Shown here one piece after another: positions 20,167 to 31,465 of a DNA stretch of 64,000 nt; position 1 is the first letter of the stretch, and each line of letters opens with the position of its first letter. Source of the DNA: an uncultured Ectothiorhodospiraceae bacterium. Its GTDB lineage: Bacteria; Pseudomonadota; Gammaproteobacteria; UBA9214. The DNA is taken from NCBI GenBank assembly GCA_964564245.1, contig CAZMAK010000006.1, positions 1,213 to 65,212 on the forward strand, in the 5' to 3' direction. Below the pieces are notes generated by a model. That model saw only the letters and a list, made by a program, of their open reading frames with translations. It did no database searches and was not told the origin of the DNA. Both the position numbers and the translations under genes were made by a program.

Positions 20167-20299
20167 CCGGCGTTGACTTCATGGGTGACCTTGCAAGTTG
20201 TCCTGCCGGCGCGGCGCGGGGCCGGAACGGAACTTCCGGGGCAGGATAGCAGAGAAACGCCGCGTCCTGCCCGTGAACCCTTGCAGGGGGCATGCCGTT

Positions 20300-21514
20300 A
20301 TGCGCAGGCCTCGTGCTATGCTCAACGCCAGTATGTTCCTGCTGGCAATCATGGTCATCTGGCTTGGCAGCCACGCCTGGGTCGCATGGTCACTGCTGTG
20401 GCCCTTGCAGGCAGGCAGCCGTATACGACGCACTGGCGGTCTGCTCCTGCTCGGTTCGGCCCTGATCGTCCCCGCCGTTTTCATGACCCGGCGCCTGTCC
20501 CTGCTGCACCCGCACCTCAGTGACGTCATCAGCTGGATTGCCTACATCGACATGGATATTTTCATGGTGCTGCTGCCGCTGGTGGTCGTGCGGGACGCGG
20601 CCAGGCCCGTGCTCTGGCTGTGGCGTCGCCTGCAGCAGTCCTGCGGTTGCGGCACCCCGGTCCGGCCTGACAACCCGCAGCGCAGGAGCTTCCTTGCCAA
20701 CAGCATGAACGCGGGCCTGCTCACACTGACCGGCGGCATGACTCTGGCAGGCTATCGCGATGCCCGTCGCCTGGCGCCGGTCAAGCCGGTCTCCATCCCG
20801 GCGGCCGGACTGCACCCGGACCTGCACGGCTTTCATATCGTGCAACTGAGCGATATCCATCTGGGCGCAACCATCAAGGGTGATTACCTGCAGGGCATCG
20901 TGGATCGCAGCAACGCGCTGCAGCCGGACCTGGTGGTGATCACCGGCGACCTGGTCGACGGTTATACTTCGGCATTACTCGACGACGTTGCCCCGCTGAA
21001 ACAACTGCACGCGCCCTATGGCAGCTGGTTCGTGACCGGCAACCACGAATACTACTGGGGTGCCGCGGACTGGTGTGCACTGCTGCCGACCCTGGGCGTA
21101 CGGGTGCTGACCAACGCACATCAGGTCATCCGGCACGGCAACGCACGCCTGCTGCTGGCCGGTGCCACCGATTTCTCGGCGGGCGCACACCTGCCCGCCC
21201 ACGCCTCCGACCCGGCCGGTGCCCGACGGGGCGCAGAAGGCACGGATTACTCCATCCTGCTCGCGCACCAGCCACGCAGTGTACCGGCGGCACTGGCAGC
21301 GAATTACGATCTGCAGCTCAGCGGTCATATCCACGGTGGCCAGTTCTTCCCCTGGAATTTCGTGATCGGGCTGGTCCAGCCCTATCGCACCGGCCTGCAT
21401 TTCGTGGAACGCCGCATGTGGCTGTATGTCAGTGCCGGCACCGGCTACTGGGGCCCGCCCTCCCGCCTGGGGGTACCCTCGGAAATCACCTCGATCCGCC
21501 TGCAACGCGCCTGA
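20300..21514 (+). CDS. Membrane-anchored calcineurin-like metallophosphoesterase (YkuE-like)
   Basis: N-terminal transmembrane helices, then IVQLSDIHLG, ITGDLVD, GNHE and GHIHGGQ metallophosphatase motifs. Confidence 0.75.
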   Translation: MRRPRAMLNASMFLLAIMVIWLGSHAWVAWSLLWPLQAGSRIRRTGGLLLLGSALIVPAVFMTRRLSLLHPHLSDVISWIAYIDMDIFMVLLPLVVVRDAARPVLWLWRRLQQSCGCGTPVRPDNPQRRSFLANSMNAGLLTLTGGMTLAGYRDARRLAPVKPVSIPAAGLHPDLHGFHIVQLSDIHLGATIKGDYLQGIVDRSNALQPDLVVITGDLVDGYTSALLDDVAPLKQLHAPYGSWFVTGNHEYYWGAADWCALLPTLGVRVLTNAHQVIRHGNARLLLAGATDFSAGAHLPAHASDPAGARRGAEGTDYSILLAHQPRSVPAALAANYDLQLSGHIHGGQFFPWNFVIGLVQPYRTGLHFVERRMWLYVSAGTGYWGPPSRLGVPSEITSIRLQRA

Positions 21515-21515
21515 G

Positions 21516-21644
21516 GAACCTCTGATTAATTCGTCATTGCGAGGAACGTAGTGACGAAGCAATCTCTAACTGACTGATTCCATAACAGGAGATTGCTTCG
21601 CTTCGCTCGCAATGACGGGGATTGGTGAATTAATCAGAGGTTCC
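21516..21644. repeat. Imperfect palindrome of about 130 bp (REP/MITE-like stem-loop) immediately after the phosphoesterase stop
   Basis: Perfect 18-bp terminal inverted repeat ggaacctctgattaattc / gaattaatcagaggttcc, plus inner 11-bp inverted repeats (gtcattgcgag/ctcgcaatgac; gaagcaatctc/gagattgcttc) with bulges. Confidence 0.6.
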
Positions 21645-21658
21645 CTGAGTCAATAGTG

Positions 21659-21726
21659 GACAGACCACGTTATTCTGCACGGCAGCACAAAGACAGTCCG
21701 CTTTGGCATGAAAAACGTGGTCTGTC
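21659..21726 (+). promoter_or_regulatory. Stem-loop in the typA 5' leader
   Basis: 14-bp perfect inverted repeat ggacagaccacgtt ... aacgtggtctgtcc around a 39-nt loop, about 65 nt upstream of the typA ATG. Confidence 0.4.
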
Positions 21727-21791
21727 CCCGATTGACTCTTGTATACTCGCTGCCCTTTAACCCAGCACCCGTCCCGGGCCCGGCCGTTCCC

Positions 21792-23606
<1,815 letters not shown>

Positions 23607-23884
23607 GCACGCCCTCAGCCTTCGCTCCGGAAAATCATATTTTCCATCGTCCGTGCGTCCCGCACCGGTGCCGCACACCTTTACCATATATTTTGTGAGG
23701 TAGAATAATACCTTACGTATTTTACGGATTAATACATTAATACCTTATAATACATTAACTTATAAAGTATATTCATTGACATATGTATGGTTATTAGATA
23801 CCGTACCTCCCACGGAAGCGCAGAGACAGGAATTCGCAAACATTCTGTGAATCCGGGTCAACCGGCAAATGGAGGAGAGAAACC

Positions 23885-24109
23885 ATGCACGTAACAGATA
23901 TGGTGATGCACATTGATAACACATTGGGGGCTGACAGCCGCCGCAATATCGAACAGGCACTGGCGGGGAACCGGGGCATCATCCAGGCCCAGTTCAACGA
24001 ACAAAGACCACACCTGATGCTGGTCTCCTATGACACCGACAGCACCACGTCATTCGAGATCCTGGCCCAGGTAACCAGCCAGCAGCTGTGTGCTGAACGG
24101 GTGGGTTGA
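23885..24109 (+). CDS. Small hypothetical protein (74 aa) with an HMA-like fold pattern and no metal-binding cysteines
   Basis: GGAGGAGAG ribosome-binding site 5 nt upstream and a strong downstream terminator. Sits in an AT-rich islet. Hydrophobic periodicity resembles a ferredoxin-like HMA fold, but the GMTCxxC motif is absent. Confidence 0.4.
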   Translation: MHVTDMVMHIDNTLGADSRRNIEQALAGNRGIIQAQFNEQRPHLMLVSYDTDSTTSFEILAQVTSQQLCAERVG

Positions 24110-24150
24110 AACAAGAACAATCACGATCCGTAAGCACAGGATCCGCGCTA

Positions 24151-24179
24151 ACGGTGACCTCGCGTCACCGTTTTTTTTC
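24151..24179 (+). terminator. Rho-independent terminator
   Basis: acggtgac-ctcgc-gtcaccgt hairpin followed by TTTTTTTT. Confidence 0.65.
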
Positions 24180-24603
24180 AGGCCGCAATAAAGCGGGTTC
24201 GGGCAGTCAGTGCGGCCGTCAGCTGCTCCACGAGTCCGGCGCGCTGTTCCGGGACGTACGGCAACGCCGGTACCCTGCCCCAGACCGGTGCCGGCCAGGC
24301 GGCATCGTGCCGATAGCGCACGATGTGATGGACATGCAGCTGCGGCACCACGTTGCCCAGTGCGGCCACGTTCAGCCGGTCCGGCCGGAACAGCTCCACC
24401 AGCACCCGGGACAACGCTACCGACTCCCGCATCAGCTGGTGCTGGTCAGCCTCGTTCAGCTGGTGGATTTCACTCATCCCGTCCCGATCCGGCACCAGGA
24501 TCAGCCAGGGATAACGGGCATCCAGCATCAACAGCACATGACACAGCTCGAGGCGTCCCAGCACCAGGCAGTCCTGCAGCAATCGGGGATGGATCTCCGC
24601 CAT
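24178..24603 (-). CDS. HIT-family (histidine triad) hydrolase
   Basis: NVVPQLHVHHIVR is the HxHxHxx triad. Start set at MAEIHPRL. Confidence 0.8.
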   Translation of the reverse strand: MAEIHPRLLQDCLVLGRLELCHVLLMLDARYPWLILVPDRDGMSEIHQLNEADQHQLMRESVALSRVLVELFRPDRLNVAALGNVVPQLHVHHIVRYRHDAAWPAPVWGRVPALPYVPEQRAGLVEQLTAALTARTRFIAA

Positions 24604-24610
24604 CCGGGGA

Positions 24611-25597
24611 TCAGGCCGGTTCGGCCTCCGCGGCAGGATGACTGGCCGCGACGGTCCGCGCCCTCTTCCCTGCACCCGCAGGCCGGTCCGGCAACTGCTC
24701 GCCGCCCAGCGCATCGAGCAACACCGGCAGGAACGCGGACAGCTCCAGCACCATCAGGGAAAAATCCAGGTCAAACCGGGTGACCGGATCATCATCCGCC
24801 TCTGTTTCCTCCGCGCGGACGATGTCGTCGAACCGCAGGCGCCGGATCGACAGGTCCTCGTGCAGCACGAATGACAGGCGCTCACGCCATTGCAGGGACA
24901 ACCGGACGGCCTGCTTGCCCTGGCGGATGTGGTTGCGCACCTCCGCGGCTCCCAGGTCCTGGTGCCGGCAGCTGATCACGCCCCCCTCCGGATCCGGGTG
25001 ACGCAACAGGCATTCATCCAGCACCTCGAAATCCTGCGGCGGCGCCGTACCGCCCAGCCAGCGCGTCATGGTATCGGTGACGGAATGACCCACCTGCACC
25101 GGTGTGGCCGGGAAGCGACCAAGCGTATTGCGCATCAGGCTGATCAGGGTCTCCGCCCGGGCGGGGGACGGGCTGTCGACGATCATCAGTCCGTTGCGGG
25201 CGTCCAGGTAGGCAAACAGGTGGGAAACCCGGGTCAGCGCACGCGGTAACAGATCGACTACGATCTCTTCTTTCATGCGCCGCTTTTCACGACCGTGGAT
25301 CTCGCGTGATTCGGACGACTCGACCTCCGCCACCCTGTCCTCCAGCAACTGGCGGATGACCCCGGCCGGCAGGATCTTTTCCTCCTTGCGCATGCAGACC
25401 ATCACGTACCCGTTTGCCGCATGCACGAGCTGCGTACCGGCCCGGCCCAGTGGCGGCGCCCAGCCGGTTGCCAGCAGTTCCATGCGCCCGCAACCCTGGA
25501 AGGCACCGCTCTGCAGACGCTCGTCCAGTTGTTCCGGAGTGAGATCGAAGTCCTGACCAAGACGATACAGCTGAAGATTCCTGAACCACATGTGCAA
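24611..25597 (-). CDS. rdgC: Recombination-associated protein RdgC
   Basis: MHMWFRNLQLYRL versus E. coli MLWFKNLMVYRL, collinear throughout (CMRKEEKILP etc.). Confidence 0.85.
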   Translation of the reverse strand: MHMWFRNLQLYRLGQDFDLTPEQLDERLQSGAFQGCGRMELLATGWAPPLGRAGTQLVHAANGYVMVCMRKEEKILPAGVIRQLLEDRVAEVESSESREIHGREKRRMKEEIVVDLLPRALTRVSHLFAYLDARNGLMIVDSPSPARAETLISLMRNTLGRFPATPVQVGHSVTDTMTRWLGGTAPPQDFEVLDECLLRHPDPEGGVISCRHQDLGAAEVRNHIRQGKQAVRLSLQWRERLSFVLHEDLSIRRLRFDDIVRAEETEADDDPVTRFDLDFSLMVLELSAFLPVLLDALGGEQLPDRPAGAGKRARTVAASHPAAEAEPA

Positions 25598-26181
25598 ACC
25601 ACCCCGTGAAAAAGCGCCTCATTATGGGGAAAGATCGCGCCGGTGGCTACCGTTTTCCCGACGCCGCCCGGGGCGTCCCGGCCGGAATGCACGCGACTGC
25701 ATCCGTGCACGCAGGACCTGGTACCGCACGGTTCAGATCCGGGCGGCGCCATCGGGTACACACCACACGCTCTGCGCACCGTAGCGGTGCGCCGGCAACC
25801 CGGAAGCAATCGAGTGCAAGCTGTCTTGTTATAAGTATCTGCTGAAGCACTGATGCATATACTCCGAAGTCAAATTTCCGGCTGTCATGCAGGGGCAAGC
25901 ACTCGCCCGGTGGATGTTCTCTGCCACAGCGCATCAATCGCCGCCGGGGCAGTCCCGGGTAACCGCAATCCGCGAAACAGATGGTCGATTTTTCTGCAAA
26001 CTGATGTATTATCGCCTCAATGACTGAAAACAAGGGGGGCAAGAAATCCTGCCACTTTCATTCATTAGAAACGGAATTGCACATTTCTCAGAACACCCGG
26101 ATGTTCCCGCGACAACTCCTGCATGTTTCCTGGCAAATCTGCAATTGAATACAAGTGCGACCTATTTTCATGAGGTGTTAA

Positions 26182-26385
26182 ATGGCTACAGGTACGGTGA
26201 AGTGGTTCAACGAGTCCAAGGGTTTCGGTTTTATCGCGCCAAGCGATGGCGGTGAGGATGTGTTCGTACACTTCTCTGCCATCCAGGGAGATGGCTTCAA
26301 GACCCTGGCCGAGGGACAGACAGTCAACTTCGATATCGAGCGGGGACCCAAAGGTCTGCAGGCCGTAAACGTCAGCGGCAAGTAG
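26182..26385 (+). CDS. Cold-shock protein (CspA family)
   Basis: [18 protein letters not shown]1 motif and [11 protein letters not shown]2 motif; 67 aa. Confidence 0.9.
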   Translation: MATGTVKWFNESKGFGFIAPSDGGEDVFVHFSAIQGDGFKTLAEGQTVNFDIERGPKGLQAVNVSGK

Positions 26386-26410
26386 GCTGGCCCCGGCCGG
26401 GATGGATGGA

Positions 26411-26439
26411 AACCCCGCCCAGGCGGGGTTTCTTTTTTT
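26411..26439 (+). terminator. Rho-independent terminator after the csp gene
   Basis: ccccgcc-cag-gcgggg hairpin followed by TTTCTTTTTTT. Confidence 0.65.
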
Positions 26440-26467
26440 ATCCTGTGACCACCAGGAAACCGACACC

Positions 26468-26962
26468 ATGGGTCGTTACCGCGCCCCGGCCCCGAAGTCG
26501 TCGCCTTACATAACGGCACTGGGGCAGCGCCGGCTGGCGGAGGAACTGCGCTCGCTCTGGCAACGGCGGGCCGAGGTCACACGTGCCCTGACCGCGGCCG
26601 CGGCCGAAGGTGACCGCTCGGAAAACGCGGAATATATCTACCGGAAAAAGGAACTGCACGGGATCGACCGGCGCATTCGCTACCTGCAGAAACGCCTGCC
26701 GGAACTGAAGGTCGTCAACCGGGACCCCGCGGACGGCACCCGCATCTTCTTTGGCGCCAGCGTGACGCTGGAAGACATGGAGGGTAACCGGGTCTGTTAC
26801 CGGATCGTCGGTGCCGACGAGTTCGATCCCGCACTTGGCTGGATCAGCATCGATTCACCGCTGGCAAGGGCACTGCTGAAGAAGACCCTCGAAGACGAAG
26901 TGCTCGTGCTGACGCCCGGCGGACCGGCGCACTACGTGGTCATCGAAATCAGCTACGCATAG
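26468..26962 (+). CDS. greB: Transcription elongation factor GreB
   Basis: GDRSENAEYIYRKKELHGIDRRIRYL matches GreB [26 protein letters not shown]. The C-terminal FKBP-like domain carries SIDSPLARALL. Confidence 0.8.
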   Translation: MGRYRAPAPKSSPYITALGQRRLAEELRSLWQRRAEVTRALTAAAAEGDRSENAEYIYRKKELHGIDRRIRYLQKRLPELKVVNRDPADGTRIFFGASVTLEDMEGNRVCYRIVGADEFDPALGWISIDSPLARALLKKTLEDEVLVLTPGGPAHYVVIEISYA

Positions 26963-26970
26963 CGCCGGTT

Positions 26971-27390
26971 TCACTCGTCGCCGCCGACCCTGCCACGCAA
27001 CCGCTTGTGGACACCGCGCCGCACCTTGCTGTCGAGCCGGCGTTCACGCGATGCCGCCGTGGGACGGGTTGCAATGCGCTTGCGCGGCGTTGCCAGCACG
27101 CCGGCCACCAGTTCACGCAGGCGGTCCAGCGCATCGGCCCGGTTCATCTCGCGGGTACGGAACCGCTGTGCCTTGATGATCACGACCCCGTCCGCAGTGA
27201 TCCGCTGGTCGTGCAGCGCCAGCAGGCGTTGCCGGATACGCTCCGGCAGGGATGATGCCCCGATATCGAAGCGCAGGTGGATTGCCGAGGCGACCTTGTT
27301 GACGTTCTGGCCGCCGGCGCCCTGCGCGCGGATCGAGGAGAACTCGAGCTCGGATTCGGGAATGGTGATGGCGCGCGAGATCCGCAGCAT
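26971..27390 (-). CDS. arfB: Alternative ribosome-rescue factor ArfB (peptidyl-tRNA hydrolase, YaeJ)
   Basis: GGQNVNKV GGQ motif and a basic C-terminal tail (RRLDSKVRRGVHKRLRGR). Confidence 0.8.
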   Translation of the reverse strand: MLRISRAITIPESELEFSSIRAQGAGGQNVNKVASAIHLRFDIGASSLPERIRQRLLALHDQRITADGVVIIKAQRFRTREMNRADALDRLRELVAGVLATPRKRIATRPTAASRERRLDSKVRRGVHKRLRGRVGGDE

Positions 27391-27575
27391 CAGTGTGCAG
27401 TCGTCCTGACCGCTCCGCACCGGCTGCAGCGGTAATCGGTCACCAGCCTGCCCTGCTTGCTGTCAAAACGCCTGTCCTTGCTGACCACCCACTTGTGAAA
27501 TCCGCGCCGGCACAGCGTATTCCCCTGTGTGCGCTGTGCCGGCGTCGGCCGCCTGAATCGCACCACCTCACCCAT
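27390..27575 (-). CDS. Small Cys-containing hypothetical protein (possible Zn-ribbon)
   Basis: 61 aa with C..C...C..C spacing. The stop overlaps the arfB start. Low support. Confidence 0.3.
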   Translation of the reverse strand: MGEVVRFRRPTPAQRTQGNTLCRRGFHKWVVSKDRRFDSKQGRLVTDYRCSRCGAVRTTAH

Positions 27576-27600
27576 GAAACACCAGCCCCTGGATCAACGG

Positions 27601-30600
27601 TCAGTGCGGACTGACCCGGGTGCGGCGGAAGCGCGAGGTGAAGCGTTGCAGCAGGGTGGGCACCCGGTACGCCTGCAGGTTCTCGTCTTCCGGCCCGGTA
27701 ACCGTTGCGGCAGGCGCCAGGCGCGCCTTGCCCCAGTTCACCGCCGTCTGGCCGGCGTTCTTGCCGGGCAAGCCGAGCGGGTCGGCACCGAGCGTACCGA
27801 CCAGGGTGTCCAGGTATTCCGGCCGGGAAACCAGCGCCAGTTTCTCCTGTGCGGTCTGCAGGCGTCGTTCGATACCAAGCCGTCCGGCCTCGTCGGCATA
27901 CTTCGTATCTTCCAGGAAACGGCGCAGGCTGCCGGTATGCCGTGTCCACAGTGCGATGTCACGCTGCTGCTTCACCTCCAGACGTTCCCGGTACCAGGCG
28001 GATTCCAGCAGGTATTCGCGGGTGAACATGGCGCGGAAGTCCGGGTGCTGCGCATCCATCCCGTCGTACCTGCCGGTCGCCATGATCATCAGCAGGGCCC
28101 GTAACGGCGGGCAGGCTTCCTCGATGCTGCCGTCCTCCAGGTATTGCAGCGCGACCCGCTGCTGTGCCTCGACGATATTGTTGATGCCGTCGATATAGGT
28201 GTCCAGGCCCTGGGTTTCCGGACGCAGGATCTCGTCGGTGAACACCGCGCCGGGATTATCGAAGATCTTGCCGAAGAAACGGTGCACGAAGTGCTGCGTG
28301 ATACGGTAACCCAGCCGGCTTGCCAGCACCGTCCTGCCGTCATGGGCGAAATCCTCCAGCGCCTCCAGGCAACCGCTGCCGATCAGGTATTGCGGGCTGC
28401 GCTCCTGCGGCGTGAGGCGCGCCCAGATCTCCGGGATCAGCAGGCTGATATCGTGATCCACCCGCACGTCCGGACCGACGTGACCGGCCGAGCTGGAAAA
28501 CCCGCCGTGCCCGGTGAGGATGAAGGACACGAGTGCATTGTTCAGGTCGGCGGTCGCGCGCAGGGCGTTGAACGGCCCCTTGGTCAGCGCACCCTCGGAA
28601 CCGGCGCCCGTGGTGGACGGCGACTTGCCGGTCAGGCTGCACACGAGGTCCATGAACAGTTCCGGCAACTCCTGGTAGTGAATCGGGTTGTACACGGCGA
28701 GCGGTCGAATGCCGGGCTCGGGCGGATTGTTGCGGCGGCCGGCCAGCACCGCGTCAACCGGGTGACAAACCGGCGCATCCGGTGCGATCCCGCGATGCAG
28801 GCGGATACTGATCTCCGCGAGATACTTGCGCTCGGGCCGCGCCAGGTCCGGCCGCACCTGCAGGTAGCGCGGATTCTTCGACGGGGCGCCATCGACAATA
28901 CGCGGATGCGCGGAAGAAACCGTGTAGCTGCAGCCGTCCTCGTGTGCCTTGCGCAGCATGTGCTGCATGGGCAACGTGTACTGGTGGAACGTGTGCACAT
29001 CGTCCACCAGCGCCGTCAGCCGGTCGTGGCCGAACGGTTCGAAGTTGGCGAGAAAATTGTCCGGTTGCGACAGGTCCAGTTCGGCCTGCCGGTCGAAGCC
29101 GGGATGTATCGCATCGTCCGGGCGCTGGAACAGGCGGTACTCGCAGTTCTTGACCAGCTTGACACTGTTGCCGGTATTGCCGCGCGGGCCACAGGCGTCG
29201 ACACACTCGGCCGGCACCACGACGGACGCCGTGATGTCGTCCTCCATCTGGATCTTCTCGGTGGCGATGTAGTCCTGGCGCAGCTTGAAGGTGCGCCACT
29301 TGCCGTCCGTGTCGAACCCGACCCGCAGGTACGAGGCGACGATATTGCGGTCCTCGAGCTTGAGCTCATGGGCCGGCGCGCCGTCCACCTCGTCCACGGA
29401 CAGGTGGCTGCGCCAGTCGCCGCCCCACTCCGTGCGGTAGAAACGCTTGATCAGGAACGCCAGCGCCAGGATGCGCGGCGGTATCGAGTCCAGCCAGGCG
29501 TTGAACTCACCGGTATAGCTGGAGGTCGGCGTCAGCAGCCGGATCACCGAGCCAAGACTGCGCTCGGAACTGAGCGGCTTGCGGGTCGCATCGCGGTCCT
29601 CGTGTTCGCAGCCGGGCCTGAAACGCCTGGTGTAGTCGCGATCGTAGATTTCCTGCACCAGCGCCAGGTCCCTGTCCAGATCGTCGATGAACAGGGGACG
29701 GTAGATTACCGCATCGTTGAGCGACTTGGAGATTTCCGACTTGCCACCGCCGGACACCGTGCTCGGTTTGTGGCAGAAAGTACCTTCCGGCTCGGTCCCG
29801 ACCAGCCGCCAGGATGGCGCCCCCGGATGCTTTTCCATTTCGACCTTGTAACCGTTGGGCTGCATGTAGATCTTGCCCGGCTGCAGGCGGATTACCCGGG
29901 TCGCTCCGTCGCACTCCCAGCTGATGGTCTGGGCATTCAGGTCCATGCGCACCTTCTGCGGCACGTAGATGATCTGCGGCCAGGCACGGTCGATGGCATA
30001 GCCCTCCGGCTGCACGTCCATGAGTGCACCGTAGCGCTCGACCATGTCATCGAAGGAATAACCGGGCATGCTGTAGGTACGGCTGTCGACGCCGTATTCC
30101 TCGCCGTGATTGCGGCGCGGAAAGGCCAGCGCACCACCGGCGTGTTCCTCCTCCGACAGCCCGAACAGGTTCGCCGAGAAACTGATCTGGGTCTTGACCT
30201 CTTTCTTGCAGTAACCGAAATAGTTGTCCGCCAGCAGGGTTACCATGACCCCGGATGCATCGCGCGCCGTCAGCTTGAACGCCTGTCCATCGTTATAGAT
30301 TTCATCCTCCTCCGTCCAGCACATGCCGTCCTTGCGCTGTCGGGAGGTCGCGTCCTTCCGCTGCGGGAGGCCGAGCTCCCGTTTGCTCAGGCCGACCAGG
30401 TGCGGCGCGAGGATCACGCAACCGGTGGTGCCGGTCCAGTGTTCCACGTCCAGCGCCGCATCGCACTCGGCCAGGTGCGGATTGCCGCCGTTTCCGAAGA
30501 TACTCTCCACGAAATCCAGGTTGCTGACCAGGTTGCCCGGTGCGAAGAAGCGCACCTCCATGGTCTTCTCCGCTTCCTTGCCGGGAATCGCGGGACACAC

Positions 30601-31224
30601 CACGGGGCGCATCATCAGGGACACGAACATACGTGCCGGTTCGGGCAGCTGTGCGGTGAATGGAATGGTCATCAGCCCCGGCGGGGGCTGCAGGGCACGC
30701 TCCAGCATGCGCGCGAAGGTCTGCAACGGTACCGCCTTCTTGTCACCGGGAATCGGCAGGCCACCCTCAACGATATGGAACGAACCCCGGGTGGTACGGC
30801 GGTCGCTGGCCGGGTTGTGCAACACGCCCTGTGCAACGCGATAGCTGGACACGATGTCGGAGTGAAATTCATCGGCATCCATCGGCAGTGACAACTCGCG
30901 CGCCACGCCGTGACGGTCCAGCACGAAGCTCTGGGTCGGCAGCATCGCTGCGGAACCCGCACCCAGCGGTGCGACATAGCGATCGAGAAAATCCTGGATT
31001 CGCTGGTCAATCGGGCACTGGTAGGAGGACAGCAACCGGTTCTTCTCCCGGTAACTGCGCAACAGATCGCGCGAGATTCCGAAAAACCGTTCGGCACCGG
31101 TCGGGACACAGGTCGGCTGACCGGAGGAGGCCAGCTTGAGATTGATATAGAGCTGCAGCTTGGCGCGCTCCTCCTGCGGGGATTCGGGCGGCTTGTACAT
31201 CCCGAGCGCACGGGCAAAGTCCAT
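27601..31224 (-). CDS. Large cytoplasmic hypothetical protein (1207 aa) with no recognised motif
   Basis: Uninterrupted 3.6-kb ORF with host-like codon bias, no transmembrane helices, no Walker motifs and no Cys clusters. The opposite-strand ORF 28144..30891 is a GC artefact. Confidence 0.6.
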   Translation of the reverse strand: MDFARALGMYKPPESPQEERAKLQLYINLKLASSGQPTCVPTGAERFFGISRDLLRSYREKNRLLSSYQCPIDQRIQDFLDRYVAPLGAGSAAMLPTQSFVLDRHGVARELSLPMDADEFHSDIVSSYRVAQGVLHNPASDRRTTRGSFHIVEGGLPIPGDKKAVPLQTFARMLERALQPPPGLMTIPFTAQLPEPARMFVSLMMRPVVCPAIPGKEAEKTMEVRFFAPGNLVSNLDFVESIFGNGGNPHLAECDAALDVEHWTGTTGCVILAPHLVGLSKRELGLPQRKDATSRQRKDGMCWTEEDEIYNDGQAFKLTARDASGVMVTLLADNYFGYCKKEVKTQISFSANLFGLSEEEHAGGALAFPRRNHGEEYGVDSRTYSMPGYSFDDMVERYGALMDVQPEGYAIDRAWPQIIYVPQKVRMDLNAQTISWECDGATRVIRLQPGKIYMQPNGYKVEMEKHPGAPSWRLVGTEPEGTFCHKPSTVSGGGKSEISKSLNDAVIYRPLFIDDLDRDLALVQEIYDRDYTRRFRPGCEHEDRDATRKPLSSERSLGSVIRLLTPTSSYTGEFNAWLDSIPPRILALAFLIKRFYRTEWGGDWRSHLSVDEVDGAPAHELKLEDRNIVASYLRVGFDTDGKWRTFKLRQDYIATEKIQMEDDITASVVVPAECVDACGPRGNTGNSVKLVKNCEYRLFQRPDDAIHPGFDRQAELDLSQPDNFLANFEPFGHDRLTALVDDVHTFHQYTLPMQHMLRKAHEDGCSYTVSSAHPRIVDGAPSKNPRYLQVRPDLARPERKYLAEISIRLHRGIAPDAPVCHPVDAVLAGRRNNPPEPGIRPLAVYNPIHYQELPELFMDLVCSLTGKSPSTTGAGSEGALTKGPFNALRATADLNNALVSFILTGHGGFSSSAGHVGPDVRVDHDISLLIPEIWARLTPQERSPQYLIGSGCLEALEDFAHDGRTVLASRLGYRITQHFVHRFFGKIFDNPGAVFTDEILRPETQGLDTYIDGINNIVEAQQRVALQYLEDGSIEEACPPLRALLMIMATGRYDGMDAQHPDFRAMFTREYLLESAWYRERLEVKQQRDIALWTRHTGSLRRFLEDTKYADEAGRLGIERRLQTAQEKLALVSRPEYLDTLVGTLGADPLGLPGKNAGQTAVNWGKARLAPAATVTGPEDENLQAYRVPTLLQRFTSRFRRTRVSPH

Positions 31225-31465
31225 AGGATCCTCCGAGTCAGTACATGGCCCGGAACCGACATCCGGCGCGTGGCTATAGTAGCGAATTTACTGTTTGAAA
31301 ACAGCGCAGGCAGCAACCATATGCTGAGGCATAATCGTGGAAGTTATTGCAACTGTATAATAATTATTGATTTATACACCGCGCCCATCATTGCCGCGCA
31401 GGCGGGAATCCGCGATTTCCGGGCGCTGCAGGGTGTCCCGGGCGCCGGTCGGCCGGGCCGGGCCT

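Noticed and set aside
28144-30891. 915-aa ORF on the plus strand
   Set aside because: It lies entirely antisense to the 1207-aa minus-strand gene, has no motifs and has Arg/Ala/Gly-rich low-complexity composition typical of GC-rich antisense frames. The minus-strand frame has far better codon periodicity.
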